Assembly: GCA_013288335.1 (NCBI GenBank)
Contig: JABDCC010000002.1
Location: forward strand, 8,521 to 72,520
Length of the DNA stretch: 64,000 nucleotides
Source of the DNA: Alphaproteobacteria bacterium
GTDB lineage: Bacteria; Pseudomonadota; Alphaproteobacteria; Rickettsiales; JABCZZ01
Reading direction: 5' to 3'
Part shown: positions 28,702-38,019 of the stretch, piece after piece
Layout: the number at the start of each line of letters is the position of its first letter
Numbering within the stretch: position 1 is the first letter of the stretch
Position numbers and translations under genes: made by a program
Notes under the pieces: model-generated
Told to the model about the DNA's origin: nothing
What the model saw: only the letters and a program-made list of their open reading frames with translations
The model's database searches: none

Positions 28702-29808
28702 ATGCTGCGTAAACTGATTATATTACTTGCCCTTTCTCTGATAGCCGCCGCCTGCACGGAAGCACCTCCGGGCCCCGATAAGTTATCGCTCAAACCCATA
28801 GCATTTAAAAAAATAATTGGCTGGGATAGTGATAATCACGCCGAAGCCCTTGCCACCTTTATGAAATCCTGTGGTGCATTTGCGCTCATGAGAGACACAG
28901 ATGCGGTGGGTCAGGGTGAAATGCTTGCGCCAGTAAGTGTCTGGAAAAATGTATGCCGCAGGGCAAAAATCGTCCCAAGCGGTGATAGTGCGCTCGCCAA
29001 AGATTTCTTTGAGGAATCCTTCATCGCCATGAAAATCACCGGTAATGGCAAAAACCACAGCGGGCTTCTTACCGGATATTATGAACCACTCTTAAATGGC
29101 TCACGCACACAAGCGCGCCCTTATGTGTACCCTATATACACATTACCCGACCCAAAGGATGCTTCATATACGCGCGCGCAAATTGACCTCGGTATTTTAA
29201 AAGGTCAGGTTCCGGTAATCGCATATGTTGATGATCCGGTGCAGCTATTCTTCATGCATATTCAGGGCTCCGGCAGCATACAGCTTCCAAGCGGTGAAAT
29301 CATCCATGTGGGCTATGCCGGTACCAATAACCAGCCTTACGTTGCGATTGGCAAAGTGCTCTCCGATGCAAAACTCTTAGATAAAAAAGACATCACCATG
29401 CCGGTGCTTCGCCAATGGTTGTATGATCACCCCAACGACATGTGGCATGTGATGTGGGCGAATCCTTCTTATATATTTTTCCAGGAAATGAATGGCGGGC
29501 CGTTTGGTGCCGAAAAAGTAGCGCTTACTCCTGGGCGTTCGCTCGCGGTAGATTCAAGCTTCATTCCGCTCGGTATGCCGGTGTTTATTGATACGCTTTT
29601 GCCGGAAACTCCGGAAGCGCCCGTCACTATCCAGCGCAAACTGATGATCGCACAGGATACCGGAAGAGCCATACGCGGGCTTAAGCGCGGCGATATTTTC
29701 TTTGGCTCAGGCTACGCTGCCGAAGAGCTTGCCGGACGCATGAAATCCGGCGGCGATATGGTACTGCTCGTACCGCGCGCACTCGCACGTAAAATCAAGA
29801 CGGATTAA
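28702..29808 (+). CDS. mltA: murein transglycosylase A
   Basis: 368 aa with a lipoprotein-type leader (LIAAAC). MltA-specific and 3D-domain motifs are present (LLTGYYEP, FFMHIQGSG, AVDSSFIPLGMPVFIDT, AQDTGRAIRG..RGDIFFG). Confidence 0.85.
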   Translation: MLRKLIILLALSLIAAACTEAPPGPDKLSLKPIAFKKIIGWDSDNHAEALATFMKSCGAFALMRDTDAVGQGEMLAPVSVWKNVCRRAKIVPSGDSALAKDFFEESFIAMKITGNGKNHSGLLTGYYEPLLNGSRTQARPYVYPIYTLPDPKDASYTRAQIDLGILKGQVPVIAYVDDPVQLFFMHIQGSGSIQLPSGEIIHVGYAGTNNQPYVAIGKVLSDAKLLDKKDITMPVLRQWLYDHPNDMWHVMWANPSYIFFQEMNGGPFGAEKVALTPGRSLAVDSSFIPLGMPVFIDTLLPETPEAPVTIQRKLMIAQDTGRAIRGLKRGDIFFGSGYAAEELAGRMKSGGDMVLLVPRALARKIKTD

Positions 29809-29936
29809 TGACGCAGATTTAGAGGCTAGGCAGTTTTTGCCATTCGTGTTTGCTGGCACGTCAACGAACCAATACTCAGCCAAGAATAGTTTGCCACTAA
29901 CTAAAATATATCATAATTATCAGTATATTAAATAAT

Positions 29937-29951
29937 TGGCACGTCGCTTGC
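29937..29951 (+). promoter_or_regulatory. sigma54 (RpoN) -24/-12 promoter of fliK-flgD-flgE
   Basis: TGGCAC (29937-29942), then gtcgc, then TTGC (29948-29951). This matches the TGGCAC-N5-TTGC(A/T) consensus exactly. Predicted TSS is near 29963, upstream of ATG 29991. Confidence 0.55.
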
Positions 29952-29990
29952 TTAATGATAGGGAGTTTAATTAAGTATAGCAAAATTCAA

Positions 29991-31799
29991 ATGACTTCTG
30001 ATATTTCAAACATTCTCAACATCGTCCCTGCCCCAGCGCCCGCTCCGTCACCATCGCAGAGCGCGCCGCAGGCAGATGCGACGACTAATCAGAATAATTC
30101 CGCTTCCTCTGACTCTACACAGAACACTGCAAGTCAATCTGCAAATAGCCAATCCGCAAATCAGAATTCAAACTCAGCTTCTAATCAGGCTTCAAACCAA
30201 ACCGGACAGACTCAGGCAAATAATTCTGCAAATCAATCGAGCAATACTAATAATAATGGTAGCTCTCATTTCAGTAAATTGCTGGATAGCACTAATAGTA
30301 ATAATACACAGAAATCAAATGCGACTTCTTCGACTTCATCTGCCGCAACTTCTGCAAATGCAAAATCGGTAAATACTCAAAAATCAGACACAAAATCAGA
30401 TAATGCCGCTGCAACCGATGCTACCAATAACATCGCGGCGGTAGTGTTGCTAGCGCAGACACAAACACTTACCAATACAACGCAAAGCACCAACCCTACT
30501 CAGACGACTTCATCCGCAAATAGCCAGCCTGCTACGGCATTATCGGCGCAGGACATAAATATATTAAATCAGCTGCAGCAAATCCTGCAGGAACTTTTAC
30601 AGAAGGCAACCGCTTCCGCGCAAACCGCTACAACTTCTACTGCTGCTACAACAGCCGCAGCAGGTAGCGATGGCAACACCGATTCTACTGCGAAATCTTC
30701 TTCGGGCGATACAAACTCAAAGGATGCGCTTTTATCGCAAGCACTCGCACAATTAACCGCCATCTTGCAGCAGTTAAGCCCACAAACCAATGCAGCCGCC
30801 ACAACAAATACGGCCACGGATGCAAATGCTATAGGCTCAGTGACAGATGGCTCCTCTTCAGGCGCTTCTGCGCTTGCTGACGTGCTTGCCAAACTCTCTC
30901 AGCTGCTTGAAACTAAAATAGATGCAACTAATACTTCTGCAACCGACGCTGCTGCCGCCACTACTGCAAATACCACGAATACAAACAGCAAATTCGATGC
31001 TATTTTAAACAACCTTTTGCAGTCGGTTAAAAATGACGCATCTGCTGCGCAGACACCGCAAACCAATTCCGGTCAAGCCAACTCAGGTCAGACTAATTCC
31101 GGCAATCAGCAATCAGCGGCCAATACAAATAACGCAAACAATATCCCGCTGCCCAATATCACGAATAATGCAGCTACTTCTTTGCAGGCTACATTTGAAA
31201 AAATTCTGGCAATCATCACCCCGGGACAAAATCCTCTGCCAGGTTCAAAGAATTCTACTGATAACAATACTACTAATGCAGCGAACAGCACTAATGCCAC
31301 CCAAGCTAACTTTGGCATAGCTGCTAACCAGCAGGCTCAGGGTAGCCCATTTGTGAAACTCTTAAATACCGCCGCTGCACCGCAGACACCGGTTTCCGAT
31401 CAAGTGCTCGTGCAGATAAAAACGGCGCTGAACAGTAATGCCAACCAGATACGCGTGCAACTTGACCCGGAAAATCTCGGCAAGGTAGATGTGCGCATGG
31501 TAACGGGCACGGATGGCAAAACCGGCGTTACGGTGACTGCCGATAACCGCCAGACGCTTTCCATGCTGCAAAATGAAGCCAAATCGCTGGAATCGGCGCT
31601 GCGCAATCTGGGCATTAAAACTGATTCGGGTAGCCTCAGCTTTAACCTTAGACAACAGCAGGATGGGCGTAATTCCGGCCAGCCCCAAGGCGGCTATACC
31701 CATGTGGCGCAAACCACTGCTCCAGACGATCTGGAAGTTGGCACGACAATTGCTTCATATCATGTAACGACGAAACAAGGTTTAGACATAAGAGTTTAA
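29991..31799 (+). CDS. fliK: flagellar hook-length control protein FliK
   Basis: The C-terminal Flg_hook-type domain is present (QIRVQLDPENLGKVDVRMV..GVTVTADNRQTLSMLQNEAKSLESALRNLGI). The N-terminal ~480 aa are Q/N/S/T/A low complexity. The track start 29955 would lie upstream of the predicted sigma54 TSS, so ATG 29991 (MTSDISNIL) is preferred. The start is uncertain. Confidence 0.75.
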   Translation: MTSDISNILNIVPAPAPAPSPSQSAPQADATTNQNNSASSDSTQNTASQSANSQSANQNSNSASNQASNQTGQTQANNSANQSSNTNNNGSSHFSKLLDSTNSNNTQKSNATSSTSSAATSANAKSVNTQKSDTKSDNAAATDATNNIAAVVLLAQTQTLTNTTQSTNPTQTTSSANSQPATALSAQDINILNQLQQILQELLQKATASAQTATTSTAATTAAAGSDGNTDSTAKSSSGDTNSKDALLSQALAQLTAILQQLSPQTNAAATTNTATDANAIGSVTDGSSSGASALADVLAKLSQLLETKIDATNTSATDAAAATTANTTNTNSKFDAILNNLLQSVKNDASAAQTPQTNSGQANSGQTNSGNQQSAANTNNANNIPLPNITNNAATSLQATFEKILAIITPGQNPLPGSKNSTDNNTTNAANSTNATQANFGIAANQQAQGSPFVKLLNTAAAPQTPVSDQVLVQIKTALNSNANQIRVQLDPENLGKVDVRMVTGTDGKTGVTVTADNRQTLSMLQNEAKSLESALRNLGIKTDSGSLSFNLRQQQDGRNSGQPQGGYTHVAQTTAPDDLEVGTTIASYHVTTKQGLDIRV

Positions 31800-31817
31800 A
31801 TAATAGGAGTGAGTTTT

Positions 31818-32537
31818 ATGGGTTTATTATCAGGTATCGCAGGTTCAACGGCAGCAGCAACAAGCAGCACCGGCACCGCAGCACCAAGTCTTGCTGGTGA
31901 TTTTAACACTTTTCTTACCCTGCTTACTACTCAGCTTCAGAATCAGGACCCGACCAGCCCTGTAGATTCGAACCAATTTACCCAGCAGCTGGTAGAATTT
32001 GCCGGGGTACAGCAACAGGTGCAGAGCAATACGTTGCTCCAGCAGCTAGTGACTAACTCACAGGCGAGCCAGGTAAGCTCAGCATCTTCATTCATCGGCA
32101 CCAATATTACCGCAACCGGCAATTCCGGCGCACTGACCAATGGTAAAGCGACATTCGGCTATACACTTCCAAGCGCTGCCACTGCGGCAAATGTTACTAT
32201 AAGCGACAGCAACGGTAATATCGTGTTTGAAGGCACCGGCAGCACTAACGCCGGCAATAATCCGGTTTCTTGGGATGGCACAAACAGCTTCACCGGCGCA
32301 ACTGAGCCAGACGGCGTGTACACCATAGCAGTGAAAGCAGTTGGCTCCGCAGGTAATGCCATTACAGCAACTCCTTACGTCACTGGCACGGTGGATTCTG
32401 CTTCTATCAGCAACGGATCGGTCGTTCTAAATATCGGCTCACTTAGCATACCAGAAGCCAATGTAACCAGCGTGACCAATCTCCCGGGCACACAGACTAC
32501 CAGCGTACCTCCAACAACAACGACACCAACGAGTTAA
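31818..32537 (+). CDS. flgD: flagellar hook assembly/capping protein FlgD
   Basis: ATG 31818 lies 8 nt after AGGAG. The FlgD N-domain motif DFNTFLTLLTTQLQNQDPTSPVDSNQFTQQLVEFAGVQQ and a FlgD Ig-like middle part are present. Confidence 0.85.
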   Translation: MGLLSGIAGSTAAATSSTGTAAPSLAGDFNTFLTLLTTQLQNQDPTSPVDSNQFTQQLVEFAGVQQQVQSNTLLQQLVTNSQASQVSSASSFIGTNITATGNSGALTNGKATFGYTLPSAATAANVTISDSNGNIVFEGTGSTNAGNNPVSWDGTNSFTGATEPDGVYTIAVKAVGSAGNAITATPYVTGTVDSASISNGSVVLNIGSLSIPEANVTSVTNLPGTQTTSVPPTTTTPTS

Positions 32538-32597
32538 ACAACAGGACTATTTTTACTTAAACAACTTGAGCAGACCACTAACATTAGGAGAATTTTT

Positions 32598-35474
32598 ATG
32601 GGTTTATTTGGAGCATTATTTGCAGGCGTATCGGGCTTAGATTCGCAGTCAAATAAAATCAGTATTATTTCCAATAACATCTCGAACGTAAACACGATCG
32701 GTTATAAAGAAAGCTCTGCAGCTTTTGATACGCTCGTAGTACCATCGGGAAGCTCATCATTCTCTCCGGGTGGCGTTATCAGCAATAACCAGCAGCTAGT
32801 GAGCAAACAAGGTCTTGTGCAAGGCACTTCTTCAGGCACCGATCTTTCCATATCCGGCGCAGGTTTCTTTGCCGTAAACACAGCTGCCGCCGCAGGGGTT
32901 GGTCAGTTACTCTATACACGCTCCGGTTCCTTCACTCAGGATTCTGCCGGTAACTTCGTTAACTCTAACGGATTGTTCCTGCAGGGCTGGTTGCTCGATA
33001 GCAGCGGTAATAAAGTAAACAGCACCAACAGTTCTGACCCTTCTTCTTTACAGACCGTTACCATCGCAAGCAATTCTTCCGGTGCGGCAACCGCTACTTC
33101 TACCGTTGCGCTCACCGCTAACCTTAATGCAAGCCAACCTGTATTGCTTGGTTCCGGTGAAACCGTAAATTTTGATAAAAACAGCGCCAACAATCTTGGC
33201 AATACCGCAACTGATTTACTTGCAAGCAATGAATATGATGCGGATGTTCCAAATAGCGGAATGGTTCGCGGCGACAGCTTTACCGTTACTACTACCGCTA
33301 ATAACCAGACACCTGTTGCTACGGCATTTACTTACGGCGGATTTTCTATCGGTAAAAATATTACCGAAGCAACCGCAGCCGGTAATGGCGATAACACTAC
33401 TTATATAAACCAGGTAAATCCTGTTACAACGACTGGGTCAGGTCATGTCGTGACCCTTGCAGCTCCTAACAATAATTATTTTGTAGGACAGTCCGTTACC
33501 ATAACCGGTGCCTCAGCAGTGGGTGGTTTTACTGCACCTCAGATTAATGGGACATATACTATTACCGCAGTAACCGGTGGCGCAAACGGCACTATTCAAT
33601 ATACGTCTGCCGGCACCTCGACCTCAGCAGTGGCAGGTGGAGGTGGAACCGGAATAGGTATCGCGCTTGCTGCACCAGCAGTAAAGACATTTGATTTGCC
33701 GTCTGGTTCATTTACAGATACGGCAGCAATAGCAGGTGGCACCAGCACAATTACCGTGACAACACCTTCAGCGCATGGCTATGGAACCGGACAAACGGTG
33801 AACATAGAAAATGCCGCCGGATTTGATGGAATCCCAGCAAGCTTACTAAATGGCCCTCATTCTAATATAAACGTTATCGATTCCACTCACTTTTCTTTCA
33901 CTATCACTACCACTGCTATTGCCGCAGGTGGTGTAACAGGTGGCGGCACCACGGCTTCGGTTGCTAACCGCACCTATCCTTTTGCCGGCAATATTCTGGA
34001 CGCAACTACCACCGCAGACGCTTTCCTTGCCACTACCACCACGGCACCTTTTAGCGCAAGCGCTCTGGATTTCCAGATTTCCGGAACCAGCAGCTCTACT
34101 TCCACCTTTACTTATGTGGCCGGATCGCCTGATACAAGCTCTGGGCAATTCAACAGCTTGGATACTTTGGTGCAGGCAATCAACGCCACCACCTCTTACA
34201 ATGCGCGTATCGTGAATAACCGCCTCTATGTAGGCGCAACCGATGCTAATGAAGGCGTTACCTTTACCAATGGTGATGCATCAGGTACTAACGGTAAACT
34301 CGGAATCGATTGGGTTTCTGAACTTGGCCTTTCCAATGTACCGGCAGCATCTACCATCAGCTCAAACACCAAACGCTTTGACGATTTGAGCAACCTAGAG
34401 ACCCAAATCAATAGCACTGCGGGTTTAACTGCAAGCATCACTGATCCAACAGGTGCTGCAAGTATCAGCATCAATGCGAGCAATCCGGAAAACACCATTG
34501 AGTTTGCCGATAGCGATAACGCCATCGCCACTGCGGCAAATGGCAATACGGCTGTGATTAACACCGGCAGCGTGATTCAGGAATTAGGTTTCACTTCATC
34601 CACCGGCGCTATCTTTACTTCAGCAGATAAAGGCGTTGGAACCGCCACCGCTAATGGCTATGATACTGGCCAGTTCGGGGTGAAATATGCTTCGAACATT
34701 TCCAGCAAAAACATGGCAAGCGGCGCGATTAAGCCACAATTTACCAGTGACGTGGTGGTATATGACGCACTCGGTGTAAGCCATACGCTGGCAATGGACT
34801 TTGTTAAAATTGATTCTACCACCAATACCTGGGCAGTTGAAGTTAACGCCGTACCGGCAAGCGATGTCACCGTCACTGCAGGAACTCCCGCAGGACAGTT
34901 AGCAGCAGGCACGGTTTCCTTCAACGGCGATGGTTCACTTGCAAATGTAAGTGCGGGACTTGCGGGCAAGGTTACCATTGACTGGAGTCCATCCACCAGC
35001 GCAGCAGGTGCAAGCACCATAACGTTCAATTTTGGCTCACAAAACAAAACCGACGGACTCAGCCAGTTCAGCGCTACTTCTAACACCACTAACACGGTGC
35101 AGAACGGTTCTTCTTCTGGTGAACTCACCGGGGTAAGCATTGACCAGAATGGTTTCGTGATTGAAAGCTTCAGCAACGGCCAGAGCCAGAAAGCGTTCCA
35201 GATTCCGCTCATTTCAATCAATAATCCGAATGGTTTGGAAGGTGTCTCAGGCGATGCATTCAAAATCACTCAGGCAGCAGGTACTGCTACTGCGGTAAAT
35301 GCGGGCACGAACGGCACCGGGTCGCTTACTTCTTCATCACTTGAAGAATCGACCGTGGATCTTTCGACCCAGCTTACCGATTTGATTGTAGCCCAGCAGG
35401 CATATGGTGCGAACTCGAAACTGCTCACCGTGGCCGACCAGTTACTGCAGTCGCTCGATCAGATTATTCAGTAA
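32598..35474 (+). CDS. flgE: flagellar hook protein FlgE, unusually large (958 aa)
   Basis: The conserved Flg_bb_rod N-terminus (MGLFGALFAGVSGLDSQSNKISIISNNISNVNTIGYK) and C-terminus (LTDLIVAQQAYGANSKLLTVADQLLQSLDQIIQ) are intact. The FlgE D1/D2 segment (VYDALGVSHTLAMDFVK) is present. A large T/A/G/S-rich central insertion separates the termini. Confidence 0.85.
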   Translation: MGLFGALFAGVSGLDSQSNKISIISNNISNVNTIGYKESSAAFDTLVVPSGSSSFSPGGVISNNQQLVSKQGLVQGTSSGTDLSISGAGFFAVNTAAAAGVGQLLYTRSGSFTQDSAGNFVNSNGLFLQGWLLDSSGNKVNSTNSSDPSSLQTVTIASNSSGAATATSTVALTANLNASQPVLLGSGETVNFDKNSANNLGNTATDLLASNEYDADVPNSGMVRGDSFTVTTTANNQTPVATAFTYGGFSIGKNITEATAAGNGDNTTYINQVNPVTTTGSGHVVTLAAPNNNYFVGQSVTITGASAVGGFTAPQINGTYTITAVTGGANGTIQYTSAGTSTSAVAGGGGTGIGIALAAPAVKTFDLPSGSFTDTAAIAGGTSTITVTTPSAHGYGTGQTVNIENAAGFDGIPASLLNGPHSNINVIDSTHFSFTITTTAIAAGGVTGGGTTASVANRTYPFAGNILDATTTADAFLATTTTAPFSASALDFQISGTSSSTSTFTYVAGSPDTSSGQFNSLDTLVQAINATTSYNARIVNNRLYVGATDANEGVTFTNGDASGTNGKLGIDWVSELGLSNVPAASTISSNTKRFDDLSNLETQINSTAGLTASITDPTGAASISINASNPENTIEFADSDNAIATAANGNTAVINTGSVIQELGFTSSTGAIFTSADKGVGTATANGYDTGQFGVKYASNISSKNMASGAIKPQFTSDVVVYDALGVSHTLAMDFVKIDSTTNTWAVEVNAVPASDVTVTAGTPAGQLAAGTVSFNGDGSLANVSAGLAGKVTIDWSPSTSAAGASTITFNFGSQNKTDGLSQFSATSNTTNTVQNGSSSGELTGVSIDQNGFVIESFSNGQSQKAFQIPLISINNPNGLEGVSGDAFKITQAAGTATAVNAGTNGTGSLTSSSLEESTVDLSTQLTDLIVAQQAYGANSKLLTVADQLLQSLDQIIQ

Positions 35475-35495
35475 TCTTTTAGTGACTTCAGTCCG

Positions 35496-35533
35496 GCAAT
35501 CCCCGCGTCCTCCCACGCGGGGATTGCTTTTTG
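35496..35533 (+). terminator. rho-independent terminator of the fliK-flgD-flgE operon
   Basis: GCAATCCCCGCG (35496-35507), loop tcctccca, CGCGGGGATTGC (35516-35527), followed by TTTTTG. This is a perfect 12-bp GC-rich stem 22 nt after the flgE stop. Confidence 0.85.
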
Positions 35534-35581
35534 TGCCGTAATCCTTTATGGAGAGCCTTCACTTTTTAGGCTGTTAAATCC

Positions 35582-36583
35582 ATGAAATTCCTCGATGAAG
35601 CTAAAATCTATGCGCGAAGCGGCGATGGCGGCGGCGGTTGCGTCAGTTTCCGGCGCGAAAAATTCATCGAAATGGGCGGCCCGGACGGTGGCAATGGCGG
35701 GCGCGGTGGCTCCATCATCATTGAAACGGTCGGCGCGCTTAATACGCTGATCGATTACCGTTTCCAGCAACATTTCAAAGCCAAAAAAGGTGAACACGGC
35801 AAAGGTGCCAACCGTAGTGGGCTTGCCGCAAACGACATGATACTCAAAGTGCCTGTCGGCACCGAAATCCTCGCCGAAGACAAAGAAACCGTGATTGCCG
35901 ATATGACCAAGGTAGGCGATCGCATCATTTTGCTCAAAGGCGGCCGTGGCGGCATGGGTAATGCGCATTTCAAAAGCTCGACCAACCAATCCCCCAAACA
36001 CGCGCAACCCGGCGAAGAAGGCCAGGAAATGTGGATTTGGCTGCGCCTCAAACTTCTTTCCGATGCAGGGCTGCTCGGCCTTCCCAACGCAGGAAAATCA
36101 ACATTCCTTGCCGCAGTTTCACGCGCAAAACCAAAAATCGCTGACTATCCTTTCACGACCCTCACCCCACAATTGGGCGTGGTGTATATCGACGAAAAAG
36201 AATTCGTGCTCGCAGACATCCCCGGCCTCATTGAAGGCGCGCATATGGGGGTGGGCCTTGGCCTTAAATTCCTCGCTCATGTGGAGCGTTGCGGCGTGTT
36301 GCTGCATTTGGTTGATGGCACACTGGACGATGTTGCAGGCGCCTACCACACCATTCGCACGGAAGTAAATGAATATAGCGAAAAACTTGCTTGTAAAGTG
36401 GAGCTGGTAGCACTGAATAAATGCGACGCGCTCACGCCCGAAGAAATTAAGAAGAAAAGCAAAGAATTGAAGAAGGCAAGTGGCAAAAAGATCTATACCA
36501 TCTCGGCAGCGGCAGGTATGGGTATAGAGGAATTACTGCGTGCTATGTGGAAGATTATTGCTGAGTCAAGAGTGGCAACATAG
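35582..36583 (+). CDS. obg: GTPase Obg/CgtA
   Basis: 333 aa with the glycine-rich Obg fold ([28 protein letters not shown]). G-domain motifs [18 protein letters not shown] and NKCD are present. Confidence 0.95.
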   Translation: MKFLDEAKIYARSGDGGGGCVSFRREKFIEMGGPDGGNGGRGGSIIIETVGALNTLIDYRFQQHFKAKKGEHGKGANRSGLAANDMILKVPVGTEILAEDKETVIADMTKVGDRIILLKGGRGGMGNAHFKSSTNQSPKHAQPGEEGQEMWIWLRLKLLSDAGLLGLPNAGKSTFLAAVSRAKPKIADYPFTTLTPQLGVVYIDEKEFVLADIPGLIEGAHMGVGLGLKFLAHVERCGVLLHLVDGTLDDVAGAYHTIRTEVNEYSEKLACKVELVALNKCDALTPEEIKKKSKELKKASGKKIYTISAAAGMGIEELLRAMWKIIAESRVAT

Positions 36584-36594
36584 AAAGTTAAGCG

Positions 36595-38019
36595 ATGGAA
36601 CTGGGCGAAAAGCTATTAGCTAAAATTCGCCCCGTTATTCTCTGCGGTGGTTCCGGCACGCGCCTCTGGCCGGTATCACGAGAAGAGTATCCCAAACAAT
36701 TCGTTCCGCTTTTTGATGGAATTTCTCTTTTTGCCAAAACCCTGAATCGTGTGAATGATCGCACGCATTATGCCCCGCCTTTAATTATAAGCAATATCGC
36801 TCATAAATTTCATATTACTTCTATTTTAAAAACGCTCGGAGTTACCGATGCAATAATTCTACTGGAACCTTATTCACGCAACACCGCTGCGCCGGCCATT
36901 ATTGCCGCGCTCCATGAGATAGACTCGGAACCGGGAACGCTTCACCTGGTGATGCCATCGGATCACATTATTGATGATGAGATTGCTTTTCATGATGCCA
37001 TTACTCGTGCCTGCACACTTGCCGCTGAGGATATTGTACTCTTTGGAATAGCGCCCACACATCCTGCAACCGGCTATGGCTACATATTAGCTGATGGCAA
37101 CATGAAGATTGCCAAATTTCACGAAAAACCTGCCGTAGAACAAGCGCAAGAATTTATTGAAAAAGGCGCATTATGGAATAGTGGAATTTTTCTCTACGCC
37201 CCTTCCCTTTTGCTCAAAGAAGCAAAGCTATACGATCAGGTTCATTTAGAAAAATGCAAGCAGGCATTGGCAGAAGCCACTCGCGATCCCTATAACAGCC
37301 ACTGCCTGTTGCTTGGTGGTGAGGCTTATGCAGAAATGCAAAGCCCTGCCTTCGACACGCTTATCATGGAAAATACCACGCATGGCGCTGTAGTAAAATG
37401 TGAAATGGGCTGGAGCGATGTGGGATCATGGCAGGCAATGTATGAGGTCTCGGGAAAAGATACCGCAGGAAATTCGACAACTGACGACGCGATAATCAAA
37501 GATACCACGAATTGCTATATTCATTCCGAAGGCAGAAAAATTGCGGTGCTCGGAATGGACAATTGCATGATAATAGACACTCCGGATGCGCTTCTGATTG
37601 CACCGCTTTCGCGCGCAGAAGAAGTAAAAACATTGGTTGCTGCAGTTAAAACAAAATATGAGGCTGTGGTTCGCGAGCATCATTTTCACCCGCGCCCTTG
37701 GGGAACATATGAAATAGTTGCGCGCGGAAAAAATTTTCTCGTGAAACAAATTATAGTCTGGCCAGGAAGATCTTTATCCGAGCAAAAACATACCTACAGA
37801 TCAGAACATTGGATGATCGTCGAAGGCACTGCTCAAGTAATGTGTGATGGCAAAGAAGAAATTATTTCGGTAAACCAGCCTTTCTTTATACCTATTGGTT
37901 CAAGGCACCGGCTGCGTAATCCCGGAAAAACCGATTTACGCATGATTGAAATACAATCCGGCGATTATATTGGCGAAGACGACATCACCCGTTTTGAGGA
38001 TATGTACGGAAGAGTTTAA
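36595..38019 (+). CDS. manC: mannose-1-phosphate guanylyltransferase / mannose-6-phosphate isomerase (type II PMI-GMP)
   Basis: 474 aa. N-terminal nucleotidyltransferase motif (ILCGGSGTRLWPVSRE..PKQF) and C-terminal cupin domain (RPWGTYE.., EHWMIVEGTA). Confidence 0.85.
   Translation: MELGEKLLAKIRPVILCGGSGTRLWPVSREEYPKQFVPLFDGISLFAKTLNRVNDRTHYAPPLIISNIAHKFHITSILKTLGVTDAIILLEPYSRNTAAPAIIAALHEIDSEPGTLHLVMPSDHIIDDEIAFHDAITRACTLAAEDIVLFGIAPTHPATGYGYILADGNMKIAKFHEKPAVEQAQEFIEKGALWNSGIFLYAPSLLLKEAKLYDQVHLEKCKQALAEATRDPYNSHCLLLGGEAYAEMQSPAFDTLIMENTTHGAVVKCEMGWSDVGSWQAMYEVSGKDTAGNSTTDDAIIKDTTNCYIHSEGRKIAVLGMDNCMIIDTPDALLIAPLSRAEEVKTLVAAVKTKYEAVVREHHFHPRPWGTYEIVARGKNFLVKQIIVWPGRSLSEQKHTYRSEHWMIVEGTAQVMCDGKEEIISVNQPFFIPIGSRHRLRNPGKTDLRMIEIQSGDYIGEDDITRFEDMYGRV

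Noticed and set aside
29854-29868. Second TGGCAC (ctGGCACgtcaaCGAA) ~80 nt upstream of the sigma54 promoter.
   Set aside because: It has the -24 element but no TTGC/GC at the -12 position, so it is not a functional sigma54 core by consensus. It may be a partial duplicate of the real promoter.
29955-29990. Earlier ATG (29955) given by the ORF track as the fliK start.
   Set aside because: It would lie upstream of the TSS predicted from the sigma54 -24/-12 element (about 29963). ATG 29991 is retained, but neither start has a strong Shine-Dalgarno, so this remains uncertain.
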